A stretch of DNA of 63,311 bases, counting the filler, from Pelomyxa schiedti (taxonomy: Eukaryota > Protista > Evosea), in the NCBI GenBank assembly GCA_020536535.1. It is 6 parts of 6 records of this genome, joined end to end, with 100 filler letters (N's around TTAATTAATTAA, not from the genome) between each part and the next. Parts side by side here need not be neighbours in the genome. Positions count along the whole stretch, not along the records: positions 11,812 to 35,078 come from JAHLWZ010001058.1; positions 35,179 to 46,974 come from JAHLWZ010000645.1; 4 more parts are not named here. One strand, written 5' to 3'. Numbering within the stretch: position 1 is the first letter of the stretch; each line of letters starts with the position of its first letter. Shown in pieces: positions 22,001-35,179 of this stretch. Made by a program: the position numbers and the translations under genes. The notes under the pieces were generated by a model that saw only the letters and a program-made list of their open reading frames with translations, was not told the origin of the DNA and ran no database searches.

Positions 22001-25000
22001 CTCCCAAGTTGACCCGGTACGATCTCTTTGATTATTTTCAGCCTCCCCTCCTCTCCCCAGATTCACCAACAACATTAACTTTATCACTATCAGTGGCTTT
22101 TTTGATGTTGTAGAAGCAACTGTTATTGACAACCTTGGCTCATCATTCAATATTTGGGTTCGTTCCCTTGTGTGGAGCAGGAATACAGTTTTCGAACAGC
22201 CTCACGTGCATTTCTCACCTGAGGCCAGCTCTTCAAGGCCCCATTTGTCTTATTCACAAACCTTGCCTAGTGACTTGCACCCACAAGCATATCGGCTGTC
22301 ACACGAAAGTGAATATGCACACCACTCACATTCCCACAACCCTTATCCCGAATATCACCAACACCACAGAACTCACTCGGCGGAGCAATTCCCACACTCA
22401 AACCATTCATATGCCCATACTCATGAACGCCACCACAGTGAAATGGCACTACATAGAAGCATGGAACAGAAGTCCTCAACTCAGAATCCACACATGTACA
22501 GTAGTACTAGCTGTGGTACACCGACCTCTTTGCGAAGACAACAACCTTGTCAAGACGAACAAAACAATGCGGAACAGTCGGCTCCACAATTACAACCTTC
22601 TTCCAATATTCCGGAACAGACCCCTAACCAGACACCAAATGCGCTCCACAACCTTGTCAGTAACCCACATACTGAACAAATGGCGGATCTAGAAGCAGAT
22701 GAACCTGTCTCACGGCCCGTTATTCAAATACCTAAATTGCCTTCATCTAAGAGCACAGAGAACAATGCTAACTCTGAATCCAGTATTCCTGTATGTAATT
22801 TTAATGTCTACCTTTTTTGTCACAAACAATGATATAACTCTGGAAAGGCTGCCATGCTACTTTCTCTTTCTCAAAGAAAGGTAAACTCTTTACTTTGTCT
22901 CTCTAACCCTCTCTAACCATTGTTTAGAATAATAAATTCATCGTGCCACAGAACATGGCACTCCCTGTTCCAGTCCCGGTACCTAGTAAACTATAATTGT
23001 TTTTTCCTTATGGTTTTGTAGACTATTTCCCCAAGAGATTTGAGTGAAAAAGTCTTGGCACCTCCAGCAATACCAAGTGAAGAGTCATTTCCTGAGGACA
23101 AGTACACACTTCTAGGGTTTCCCCTTAATCCGGTAACACCATGGAACTGTGCGAGCTTATCAATGTTTCCAAAGGAAAGTGAATCTTTGCGCTTGGAAGT
23201 TGCTGCACTTCGTCAGGAACTTGCCGACACAAGAAAAATGAATCTACAAGCAGCCAGTACAAACAGCAGAGGTGCCTCTCCAGAGCGGGAAATTGTACTT
23301 CAACTAGAGGAAAAAGGGAAACTACAGGAAAAAGTCAAGGTGAAACCCTCTCGGCACAAGCACACCAGATCTGCCCAAACCAAAAAGCTGAAGCTAGAGG
23401 CTCGGGACAGCAGTTCTTCCAGTGAGAGGTCACACACATCTAGCCTTGACTCATCTGTCACTGGCAGTTCTGACGACAGTACTTCCTCACAGCCAAAAAA
23501 GAAAAGCCACAGAAGCATTCACAAGAAGGCACGACATCCACTGAAAAAAGTTCATCATGATACCTCCGAAGAAAATGGTAAGGTGTCTTTTATGAACAAC
23601 ATAAATCACACAAATAAGAAACTGATGAATTGGATGACTGGTTGCACAATATTCATTTGCTCAAATATAAAAAGTCTCTCCGTCATCTTGGTGTGACATC
23701 ACCCTCACATTTACAGTATGTCACTGTAGGTGACTTGTGTACAATGGGCATGAAGGTTATTGCACTCTCTTCTCAGGAACTCTGGTTTTATGTAACATAG
23801 GTGGTTGACCGCCAAATCCTCATGAATGCAATTGAAGCCTCTTTCCCAAGAAATCCCGTCGAGCTTCAGACACCCCAGCCCCAGCCCCTCCGCCAAGAGA
23901 CCTGTATGACCTCATCTAAACCCTCAGAAGAAAAAAATACAACTGAGGAACATATGCCAGCAGTCACACAAATTGTTCATGCCCAGCCCGTTGTTGAATA
24001 TCAACAGGAGTACCAACAGGAGTATCAACCAACTGCTATTGACAGTCGCGTTCCACTTAGTTACCCACTTGAATACAATCCTGCAATAATGTATTCTTCA
24101 CTGCATACACCACAACCAAGTCTTCCTTATGCAGCCTCTCAGTACAACAATGACACTGGATTTGGAGACTTTTGCCACTACCCACCTCAATCACCCCTTC
24201 CTTCACAAACACTAGGACACTTGCTTGACACTCCCTACAGTGGAACGGTTTCACATTCCTTGCCGTTTGATGTCAGTCCCGTCAACTATACTACCCCCCA
24301 TCTCTTGCCCATGCAGAATCAAACTTTGTCCAATTCCTCTGCATTTCGCACTGCTGGCTATCGGCAACCAGTATGCATGATTCCTGTTACCTCCCACTTA
24401 TTTCCAATAGATCGAAGCACAACCCCAAAATTTATCAACAAAAATTCATGGACCAGCACCAGTACTCACACAGTCAAGTATCAGGTCGACTTCTACACAC
24501 AAAGTACCCAATAGTATGGAGGTATAATAAGATCTTCGAATGAAATACTGCATTTACATATTAAACCTAAGGGGCCCCGAGCAAATACCGTATCATCCCG
24601 CCCCAAGCAGGTTGCCTTGAATTTGTATCACCTTATCTAACCTGTTAACTATCATGAGGCAGTGGAATATGAAGTCTCAGTTTTGAAAAATAAGCTTCTC
24701 GCACAAAAAGAGGAATTACTGGTTGTACCCCTTTTCTTTTTTGGCATATACCCACTGGCATCCTCCCTAAAGCGAAACCAAGAACGCCAACAACAACAGT
24801 ACCAACAAGCTGATAAGCAGTGGTATGAAAAGCAGCGAGCCCTTGAGAGTCACACAAGGGCAACAGTTACACCCATTCAAACATCAGGGTAAATTCTTCT
24901 TGTACCACAAACCAGAAAACACCTAATACACCCGTACAGGTCCATTGTAAAAAAGACCACATCCACCCACACATTACCCAGCCTAGAAGTCCCCGAACCT

Positions 25001-25697
25001 GTGAATATGTATCATGATACAAAGGCCTCAACACAACACCCCACGGCAAGCAAAAAAAGCCATTGATTTGCTTTTCTCCTTCCCATTTTCTGTTTTCTTT
25101 TGTTTTTTTTGTTGTACACAACTACCCAACATAACATTAGTATTGACCTTCACCTATAGTACCTTATCTCAGCGGAACTCTGCTTGAATGAATTACCAAA
25201 AATTGAAACACTACAAAACACTACAAACTCCAACCAACACGCAGCATTGGTGCCACAGAGTTCCTTCTCACCAGTAATCATTAACTTTTATTGTGAAATT
25301 CTTACTCCACAAATAGGTCATCCAGAAACTTGGGGAGGTACACAAACAAATAAAAACTGTGGAAGACGGACTATCCGCAATTCAGGGACCCACAATCAAC
25401 ACAGCATCCGCAACCAACATACATCTGTCAAATAGAGCCCAATACACCACAACTCAACAACCAAGCACGGACAAAAAGATAGAGGAGGAAATACCACAAC
25501 CCTCTTCAATGAGGGAAAGTGCTAAAGTCTCTGTACAATTGGAAGCTGCTGCTCATTCCCCAAGGAATAGCACTGCGTCTGTACATAACGGGGCAAAGAG
25601 GAAACCTGATGCTAAGAAATCTTCCTGGCTGGACCAAGAACTCTCGCACACTCAGGTAGAAAAGCTAAAACTGATTGCACAAAAAAAGCTGTTGTAA
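16003..25697 (+). CDS. Very large multi-exon gene (possibly two genes): N-terminal CPLANE1/C5orf42-like region, low-complexity S/H-rich region, RGS-like and SAM-like segments, coiled coil
   Basis: Continuous exon/intron pattern on +. LIAVCVSNPKSLKILFIS and EWIGQGIFLVGLMKNG|NLYVLSRLGSVVQI resemble CPLANE1 N-terminal motifs as I recall them; AKFVLETYIKPGAPKEL is RGS-like (~21900); LDDWLHNIHLLKYKKSL is SAM-like (~23630). Confidence 0.5.
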
Positions 25698-25717
25698 TGC
25701 TGGGAAAAACAACTATT

Positions 25718-27760
25718 TCAATCATCAACTGTCAACGTTTCATTGGTTAGTTTACCTGAGTGCTGTTAGAAAAAGGGGTGGATGGTGAGGGAAGTTACTT
25801 CCTGGCTCGACTCTAACGGAAACGCCGATGTAACAGTTCCGGAGTTCACTTCCTTCTCCAATTTCAACATTATTGCAAATAACACAGTCTGTAAGTGAAC
25901 ACCTGAAAAGAGAGTTGGAACATGTTCGGTTTAGTGCTTCTTTGTACCCTGGTTTTATAATAACAGAATCCATAATGACTGTGTTGGCCAGACGAATATT
26001 ATCTGCAATGTTACAATTTTTCCCGATCACTGTTTTCCTTATTCCACAACGGTCTCCAATTCCAGTTCCATCCCCAACAATACAATCTGCTGCCACCTGC
26101 ATGAAGTTAGGCTACAACCATGGAAAAATGGAGCCAACTTGTGTTCTTAGACTAACGTCCGCCGTGGTAGAAATGAAGTTATTCTTCTGTCTTTCTTCCC
26201 AGGGAATATATGTGTGGACACCACGGGCAATCTGGTAGGAGTTAGTGCCAGGAAAAAAATTAAGCCCACAAGCAGGTACCTGTTTATTTGCCTCCACAAA
26301 AGCAGGGATGGTATTGATACGGGTACAATATGAGGTGGGTGGCATTATTACAGCATAGCACATTGCAGGTGGTAGTGGACAAGAATGTGTCATCTCAGCG
26401 ATAGCTGCATCAATCTTCTCTTGTGAGAAGCCAGATTCCTCTTCTTCCCCATTATCCTCTGGTACGGATGTAGCAGAAAGTGCAGCTTTTTGAGAGAGTT
26501 GTTGCTATTGTTCTTTGATCTTGGAAAAAATCTGCAAAAAAGATACCTGATTGCGTAGGAGAAAACTGTCCTTTCACAATATGTGGAAGAAACTCGCTCT
26601 TCAATGAACTGAAATTGCCTTTATTTTCAACAAGGTAATCCAGTACATTTGGACTCAATATATAAAGGTGAAGGTCATATAAGTCAGATCTTATCATCAC
26701 TGGGCTAGCTGCTCTATTTGTTTTCCAGTGTCAAACGGTATTTCAATTAGGGAGGTGAAACTTTCTAAGTAGTGCTTTTCTAACATGAAGCTTTTCACCA
26801 AAATCTGCCGCTGCAGCCAGGAATACTACTCTTCCATTTCCATCCATTCCTGGAGACGAACTAAGTCCGAGAAAGAAAAGGGAAAACCTACCAATGTAAT
26901 CTTTGGGGGTAAACATTTCGTCAGGAATAGCTGGCATCCCTGGCTCTTGCGCCCCCTTGAAAAGTTTGGTTCACAGGATTAAAAGTAGAAAATAAAAACT
27001 AACAGGTATAGTTCGGTGACAAAGAAGCATTGTAATGGCTGCACTATTAGTTATGTGTTTATCAACCATCTCCCTCAAAATCGCCCAATCTACAATAAGA
27101 TCCGCACTGATGATAATGGCGTGGCCCTAAAGTTAACACTGTAAAAAAAAAAAAAAAACAAATAAATTGAATACATGTATTCTTTCTCTAACTTTTGCCA
27201 TGGCTTCTGCTGTGCCTGTTGAAGTTTAGCAAAGAATTTGTTTCATGAAACTGAACCTACCATGAGCATCCTTGTAGGTTACAAGGGAAGTCGTTATCTT
27301 CCCTTGGTAGACATCTTGCACAACAGAGGTAATTGCCTGAGTGGAATTGTGATGTGCCACAATAATTACCTCTACACATTTGAATAAATGTGAGGAGCGA
27401 ATCGAACAAGCGTGAAGGAAAAACCAGTGAAGCCAGCTTTCAGTAGGAATTCCAGTTGGTAAGATATAAGGGGCCTGTTGGCAATCGGAAGCATTGCCTT
27501 CGGTATTGTGTCACTCAATGGGCTCATTCTGCTCCCCGATCCACCAGCCAACAACACCACCTTTTTTTTTTAAAACAAGTTAATCCAAGAACAAACAAAC
27601 ACTAGAGCTGTTGCACCAACAAAAAAAAAACAGTCAGAAACAAAGAAAGAAAAGAAGACGTGAAAACCTGAAAACCAAACGAAAACTTCCCCGCTGCTGC
27701 GGTTGTTGTCGTAGTCGTAGAGGAAGCCGCCGCGCTCGTCGATGTTTCCGCTGACGCCAT
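25718..27760 (-). CDS. EIF2B3: Translation initiation factor eIF2B gamma subunit
   Basis: VLLAGGSGSRMSPL..PKAMLPIANRPLISY nucleotidyltransferase-like N-terminus, SDLYDLHLYI, C-terminal hexapeptide left-handed beta-helix (TVIGKNCNI, CVICNNVEIG). Confidence 0.88.
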
Positions 27761-28010
27761 CATCCCTGTCGTGTCAACTCGCTTTTTTGATTGAATCAGC
27801 CAAAGAAGACACTCTTATCAACTTGTTGGGTTCATATCTCTTTGCTCTCCTGTGGACACTCGGGAGAGGTACTCCATGATCACCACCCAGTGCCTTCTCC
27901 CCGTCCCTCAGATCTCCAATGACCCTGCAGGGCTTCCAACCTTGGATGAGAAAAGCCAAAAAAAACCGATTCATCCACCGAACGGCACCTGCGTAAGTAC
28001 GAAATTACAA

Positions 28011-29418
28011 ATGTCATCCTCTTCTACGTCCGCCGTCGAGCTCCCAGAGGTTGTTGCAACTGTTGATGCCACAACTACCACGGCCACCGCCGACAACGAC
28101 GTCAGCAGCAACTGCAACAGCAACAGCAGCATCGAGCCCAGTCACGACGAGGAGCACACCGAAGTGGCTGAGATGGATCCTGCCGTTTTTGATGAGATGT
28201 TGTTGCGCCACACCTTTGCGTGGCTCACGCCGCGCCAACTTGGGTGCGAATCCCTTTTCCTGGATGCACCCCAATGATAATGCAATAATACCATTTGACG
28301 TCGTGTCGCTGTCTTCGTTACTGCCTTGGCTGCTGTGCTCCCATAATTTATAATCTCGCTTCGCGTGCTTGTATCTCTCTCCCTAACCCTTTTTAATAGC
28401 TTAGCGGCGCTGGTGTGCAAACGCTGGGAGGCAGTCGCTCGAAGTGATACTGTTTGGAAATACCAGCTTTTGTATGTGGGATTCTCCCATAATTTATTCA
28501 TTGTAGCTGACTTGGCGTCTGGACTAGGGAGTTGATGGACGAATACGAGCTCAATTTGTACGTGGCAACTCAGAAGGGCACCTCCGAGTCGTCGCCCCAT
28601 AGCGGTCTGAAGCGTTTGTATGTGGAATACACAACACAGGCCCCCTGTTTTGTTACCGATTATCATCATTCTGATATTGAATACTTCGAGTCCAAGACAT
28701 CAGAAAAAATATCCTTGGGCTCTGATACTTCGGGCAAGTAAGATAGAGTTTTTGGTAACTTTTATTTACTAACCTCTCTCAAGAAAGTGCCGTTTAATTA
28801 GAAAGTTGTACGAGAGTCCTGATGCAAATATCATTCCACTCACACCTCCAGCATTTAAAGTCGCTTTTGTAGAATTTTGTATGTTTTTCCATCACTTTGT
28901 TTTCTTTCGTTTGGTAACACTTGTGTCAAGATGTTGAGATGATGGGTGATGAGTGCTGGCTTGGAGTAACAGACAATGTTGCTGCCGCTGTCAAAGTCCG
29001 AGGAACGGATATAATACGGCACCCCAATCTATTTTGTTACAACAATCACCGATTCGGAGCATTTGTGGGTACCTACTGCGTGAGGAATCCAAAATGGCCA
29101 GACCACTATTATTCATCAGCACGCATTGGTGTTCTACTCGACATGCGCGTAGCCGGTCAAGCCCTGATATGGTTCTTCCACAACGGTCTACTTCAGTTTG
29201 GCATTCTACTCCGCGCGGTCGACCCCGCCACCCTCAGGTTCTTTGGAATGGAAGACAGCACCAACGACCTGATCAGCATTCCCGTCAAGCCAATGTACCC
29301 CCCACCACACCCAGATGACCGCCGGCGTCTTCCAATGGACCTTGTTCTGACAGACACACCACCTGCCGCGGACGTAATGTGCGCCAAGTGGGAGCAGTAC
29401 TGCAACTCACTCTTGTAG
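28011..29418 (+). CDS. F-box protein with SPRY/B30.2-like C-terminus
   Basis: F-box-like EMLLRHTFAWLTPRQLG|LAALVCKRWEAVARSDTVWK; C-terminal CWLGV...RIGVLLDM..IWFFHNG. Confidence 0.7.
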
Positions 29419-29577
29419 AGGCCCATCCCCAAACAACAACGACACGCACACACAAGCCAAAATGAATGCCTTCTGTGTACTCCTAACCACTTCGAATAGA
29501 ACAAAACAAAAAAACCAAAACAATTCCTGCTTTTTTCGCCGTGGGTGGGCGGTTCAATCAATATTTAAACACACAGC

Positions 29578-30457
29578 ATGGCCAGTACCACGACGACCAC
29601 GTCGTCGACCACGGAACCCACGCCCGAGGCCACGACGCCTACCATTCCCGCCAGCACAACGACGAGCAGCAGCAGCACGACGAAGGAGGGCGGCGACGAC
29701 CCAGCAGCGAACCTGACTGAGGAGCAAGTTGCGGAGTTCAGGGAGGCATTTGCGCTGTTCGACAGGGACGGGGACGGGACCATCACCCCAAAGGAGCTCA
29801 CCACAGTCATTCGTTCCCTGGGTGTGTGCTGAAATGCCATGTGTCGTGGAGGGATTATGGGTTGGGTTTTCTTTTTCCCTCCCTTTTGTTTAGTCGGGCG
29901 TCAGTGCTCTATGTAATAATGCTGTTTGCTTGTTATATCAAAAATACATTGGATTTTTTACTAAGTGACTTTGGGTGATCTTCAGGTCAGAATCCAAGCC
30001 CTCAGGATATTAAGGCAATGCTAGATGAAGTGGATACAGGTGCCTCTGTTTTGTGTGTACAACTAGTTAGCTTATTTCTGCTATAGATGGAAACGGGGTT
30101 ATTGATTTTGATGAGTTCAAGTCCATGATGGCCAGAAAAATGCAGGAGAGTGAAGCAGAGGATGAAATCCGGGAAGCATTCAAAGTAATATACAGTTTGG
30201 TGTATTGTCTACACTCACCTTTATTCTTTCTCCTAGATTTTTGATAAGGATGGTAATGGTTGTATAGATGCCGAAGAACTCCATGAGGTTTTTCGCCTGG
30301 ACCCATCCCTTTGATTTTCATGCTCCACAAGGTTATGAAGTCACTTGGCGAGGATATGACTGAAGAGGAAGTGAGACAAATGATGCTTGAAGCTGACAGT
30401 GATGGAAATGGAACTCTTGACTTTGACGAATTCCTAAGAGTGATGTTGGCAAAGTAA
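29578..30457 (+). CDS. Calmodulin-like protein, 4 EF-hands, Thr/Ser-rich N-terminal extension
   Basis: [29 protein letters not shown]; [13 protein letters not shown]; [12 protein letters not shown]; [13 protein letters not shown]; stop 30455-30457. Confidence 0.92.
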
Positions 30458-30538
30458 GGAACTTGTTGTACCATACAGACATCAGACAATTAAATTTAAT
30501 AAAGAGGTTTTTCTATTATTGATTATCCTTTTTCTTTT

Positions 30539-32659
30539 TTATTCCTCTTGTTTGACCAGCCACAAGTCAGTTTCACGAAATACTGTGTTTTTTGATTTGC
30601 AGTAATTCACAATCTCCTGCTTTGTGAGGCCCAAATTGTTCACGGTGTATAACATGTGAAGTGGGGAGGAAACAACAACTTCCATCCAGTGGTCTCTGGC
30701 CACATCAGCTGTGATACCAGGAAACTGTCTTAGCAACATCTTCCAGATTCGCAGTCTGAAATCCAGGAGGAAGTAGGAACGGCTTTGACCTTGTATCATG
30801 TCCAATATCTCATGTTGCTTTAGCTTGGGTACTATTGAAAAAAATACAAACAACCTCAGGCAAAGTGATGTGAAATCTTTCTATCAACCACTCGGCACAG
30901 GATACTTTGTCACCTCTGAGCAAGAGGAAAAGTAAACAGTTCCTTTGTGCCTTGATTTGATCTGCAGTAAGGCAGTACTCCTCAACCAACCATTTGACAA
31001 CTTTGCTGGAGCACCATGGTATATTGTTTTTCAAGCTTTCTGCCACATCCAGCTGGCAAAACTGGCCGATGAGCGCCAGTTGTTTTGCAGTACTTAAATC
31101 TGCTCTTGGAATGAATTCCAGAACTTTCCCCACATTGCTTCGGTAGTTTTGTTGTGAGGGAGGTTGAATGTTTGCAGCAACAATAGTGCACATGCAATGT
31201 TGTCACCTGACAGGCAAAGAATAACTGTGTTGACAACTTTTTCCTGGGTGTCAAACTCGCTCGGCACGTGTTGAAGGAACCACTTCAGAATATCGCATTT
31301 CGTACTGCGGTATCCTCTTCGGTAAATGTCCCATGAAGCAGATTTCCCGAGTACACGAGATAGACTGGGGGGATTTTGTCCGGTAGTCATGGACCCTTGG
31401 GAGTGGCAGTATGTATCTTCCAGCCAGGTAGCAACTGAAAGGTTACCCGCTATGAGTGCATCCTCAATGGAATGTTTCGGTAGATCCTTTACCGAACGAA
31501 GCAATAGCTTGGCTATGGCAATGCTATCCTTCTTGTGGCAGAGAACCTTGCCAGGGAAGTCACTGATCTCCGGTATCGGCACGTGAAAGTGGTCCAGGAG
31601 CCACCCCACAAGAGTTACATCGCAGATATAGAAGACCGCATCAAACAGACACCTTCCCGGCGATGTCAAGATGTTACTCTCAACCAACCACCTCAAAGTC
31701 TGGGAGTCCCTGACCTCGACTTGGTGCCAATTCAGCCCGTCGGGGTACTTCTGCGTGAGCCACTTGCACCCCTCTATGTGCTCCTCGGCCGACGTTTTCC
31801 TTTTCAGGAACGCGCTGACTGCGACGCTGGAGGGGCAGCCGCACGGGCCCAGCTGCCCGCACCACTTGGCCGTGTCGAGGCTCCCGCTGTACCACGCCAG
31901 CTCCGCCAGCGAGGCGCCCAGCAGCTCCGCGGCCCTCACGACGTCGAACAGGCCGGCGAGCCACTTGGCTACGTCGAGGCGGCCGGCGCGCAGGGCCGCC
32001 CGGAACGGCCCCCAGAGCTCCCACTCCTCCGCGCCGAACCGCGCCACCACCCACTGCGCGACCCGCAGCCTCCCCGCCCGGCACGTGGTGCACAGCAGCG
32101 TCTCCATGCCGGAGAAGTACTTTGGCGCCAGCCCCGTGGAGGCCCTCACCGCGTCTGGGTCGACGCCCGCAGCTGCCCAGTCCAGCCCCCCCGCCACCGC
32201 TGCCTCGCCGCCGCCGCCTGCTCCGTCCACCAGCCGCTGGGCTGCCTCCAGGTGCCCGCCGACGCAGAGCCCGCGGAGCACCCAGATGCACTCCTTGGCG
32301 GGGTTCCTGCTGGCCCGGTGCCTCAGGATCCACGAGGCGCAGCTGCACCTGTCTCCCCCGCCTCCCGCCGCCGCGGCGCACTCGAGTGCGAAGTAGGAGG
32401 AGCGGTACCGGTCACCCAAGCGAGTCCTGCACACGGCCCGCTCGCCGCACGCGACGAGTACGCGGCGGCACACAAGGGCCACCAGCGGGAACAGCGCCTC
32501 GGCCACGGCCATCAGCCGCACGCAGCGGCGCCGCGACGACCGGATGCGGTCGCCTGACCCCAGCCACCGCGGCCCAATCACCAATCCCCACACTACCTGT
32601 GACACCTGTAACACCCTCTCCAGCTCTGCCTCGCGCAGCGGATTCTGATGCCAACTCAT
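30539..32659 (-). CDS. Degenerate ankyrin-like repeat protein of a lineage-expanded family; C-terminus split over three frames (possible pseudogene)
   Basis: 521-aa ORF with GHLEAAQRLV, GRLRVAQWVV, GRLDVAKWL, GNLSVATWL repeats; continuation in ORFs 30810-31193 and 30539-30853. Confidence 0.6.
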
Positions 32660-32796
32660 CGAATTAATTTCCTGCTTTGTAGGTTCGAAGATCGTAGGGT
32701 AGTGTGCGATGAAAAGAAGAAAAATACTACTATTATGTATCTCATGTGAGGCGGCGGCGTTTGGGTTTGTGCACTTGAATGCGATGAGCGTGGCCG

Positions 32797-34443
32797 GTGT
32801 GGCTTTTGCTTGATGTGGTTGGTGGCGGGTCGCTGTTTAGCAACCTCTGCTCATGCAAAGACAGTGTAGAGACCCCGCTGTTTCCACGCACACCCCGGAG
32901 ATTGAAGATTACTTCCTCCCCGCTCCCGGACGCGCAACGGCACCCCCATCCCGCACCCGCCGCTGCCCCCAAGGTGACGCCCGCGCCCGCTCCTGCTTCG
33001 GCTCCTTCTCCTGCTGCCCCCACGAGCAGCCACCGCAACGCCGAGCCAGCAGCCGAGGAGGACGCGGAGGCGCAGGAGGGGAGACATGCGATGGGGGGAG
33101 ATCGAGCGGGGCCTGGGGAGCCGCGTGTTGTACGACGGCCTCATGTCACTGCCCCCTAATAACATCGTATGCTTATGTGTATGGGTGTGTGTGTATGCGT
33201 GCACCGAATATGTGCGTGTTGCGTGTGTGAAGTGCAGCGGTGGAATTCGTGCTTGCTTGTGTGCCGTGCGTGTTCTTGTCACTTGGCCGGCGCTGTTATA
33301 CTCCCCAAAAATAGGGTCGTGCTCCGCCAGGAAAAATTAACAACATCCCATTACTTGAGGATATTGCTTATAACGCTGTTAAACCGGTATTTTTCCATTA
33401 CTGAGCCATTCTTAATGTCATTAAGTGCAAGTGGGTTTTAGGGATTGTGCCAAGGGGTTGATACGAGCTCGTTCCTGTCAGTGTGTGGAATATATTATTT
33501 CCCAAGTGTGTTATGAATTAGGGGAAAAAGAGAATAATGAAGCCACACAGATATGGTGGCGGCCCTCAAATATGTTGTCCTGTTATAGAATCTCGCGGAA
33601 AGTGGAACACATCTCTACATCCTGATGTCTGATGTCTTTGCTTATATATGGTGAAACTTCCTGATGTCTGCTCCTACATCAAAGTGTACACCAGTAGGGC
33701 CACTACTCTTATCGATTTTCTGGTATGAACAAATTACGAAAAATTCCTCTTACTTAACAGAGGATTGTGTGTGACCTCCTCCAAGTTCAAGATTCGACAT
33801 CTCACCTGTGGAGCTTTTGTGATCCACGAAACGTACATTCCATCAGTTTCTTCCCCATTCACTTGTTTTAGCCTGTTCTACTCCAAGACATGGAAAAACC
33901 TTTGAGTGACCTTCACGTTCTTGATATGCAATTGGTCCTTATAATCCTCTTGATACTTCTCACTTACAAAAATCAAGATATTTGTGGAGAAGAAAAAGAC
34001 TGATGGGTCATGGCCATATTCACTCCCACAGGATATTGCCCCTCCAAACCTCTTGCCAAATACACCGTCAGTAAGTGCAGATGCAGGCAATAAATCAGGC
34101 TGGGGACGCTTATTCTCTGGGCTGTGTGTTTTAAGCAAGATATATTTGTCTTACTAAAAGGTTGAAGGTATTCCAAACCTCCTGAAAATCCTGGCCTCAT
34201 TGGATTGGTTAATCTTGGAAATACGTACGCTCCCAAATTTCCTTGCCTAACTATTGAAACAAACCTAGCTGTTTTATGAATTCTGCACTTCAGTGCTTGA
34301 GCAACACTGCACCCTTGACTGACTTCTTTCAGCAAGGGTTATGGTGGTTGGATGTCAATGTAAACAATCCCTTAGGGCACAAAGGTGTTTTAGCAGAAGC
34401 ATATGCTGCTCTTATGGACGAACTCTGGTGGGGAGAGAATAGC
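32797..34443 (+). pseudogene. USP4/11/15-like ubiquitin-specific protease (DUSP + Cys box), frameshifted and 3'-truncated
   Basis: DUSP-like PPGKINN and YELVPVSVW..YGGGP (1-nt frameshift near 33461); Cys box GLVNLGNT|CFMNSALQCL; NPLGHKGVLAEAY; replaced by retroelement sequence after ~34443. Start approximate. Confidence 0.7.
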
Positions 34444-35078
34444 GGTTGTTTCAAGAAATTAATAAAAGGAGGGTAACATTAGCTTACTGGAGTAGAAGCC
34501 TGACACCGGCAGAGAAGAATTACGACACCAGAGAGCGGGAATGTTTGGCAGCGGAGGAGCTATATTCATGGCTCAACACTTATCCTGTATACAGATCATA
34601 TTGCTCTGAAGTACCTGCTGGAAGCAAAGAATCTTTCAGGAAGACTGGCATGCTGGTCTCTAACCCTTTTGCAATTTAACCCCACAATTATTCACAAACC
34701 TGGGAAAGAGATGGCAGTACCTCACACACTCTCACACTATCTGATAGATAAATTCCTGTTTATTGTTGCAGATGAGCTCAAGGCCAAGATACAAAACAGT
34801 CAGCACCTTGATGAGAACATTCTGGACATACAGAACATGGTCAGTGGAAGCAAGATTGGTTCTAGAGATAAGCAATGGAACCGGGAGCTGTGGCACACCA
34901 AAGAGCTGTTTCTCAAGGGAGATGATGACATTATGTATAGATGGTGCACAGCTGGGTGTGGACAGATGCCAAACCTTTGTGTAGTATTGCCGAGCAGCAT
35001 GAAGGAGGGAGTCCTGCAAGAGCTTCATGATTCCCCGCTTGCAGGCGGCCACCTGTCATATGCTAGAACCTTTGACAA
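34444..35078 (+). mobile_element. Ty3/Gypsy LTR retrotransposon pol fragment (RNase H-like + integrase Zn-finger region), degenerate
   Basis: LAYWSRSLTPAEKNYDTRERECLA (RT-RNase H), IIHKPGKEM, VVLPSSMKEGVLQELHDSPLAGGHLSYART (integrase zinc-finger N-terminus); frameshifts; runs to contig end. Confidence 0.88.
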
Positions 35079-35179
35079 NNNNNNNNNNNNNNNNNNNNNN
35101 NNNNNNNNNNNNNNNNNNNNNNTTAATTAATTAANNNNNNNNNNNNNNNNNNNNNNNNNNNNNNNNNNNNNNNNNNNNT

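Noticed and set aside
31535-32667. Long overlapping ORFs on + strand and alternative - frames
   Set aside because: Shadow ORFs of a GC-rich coding region with no independent motifs.
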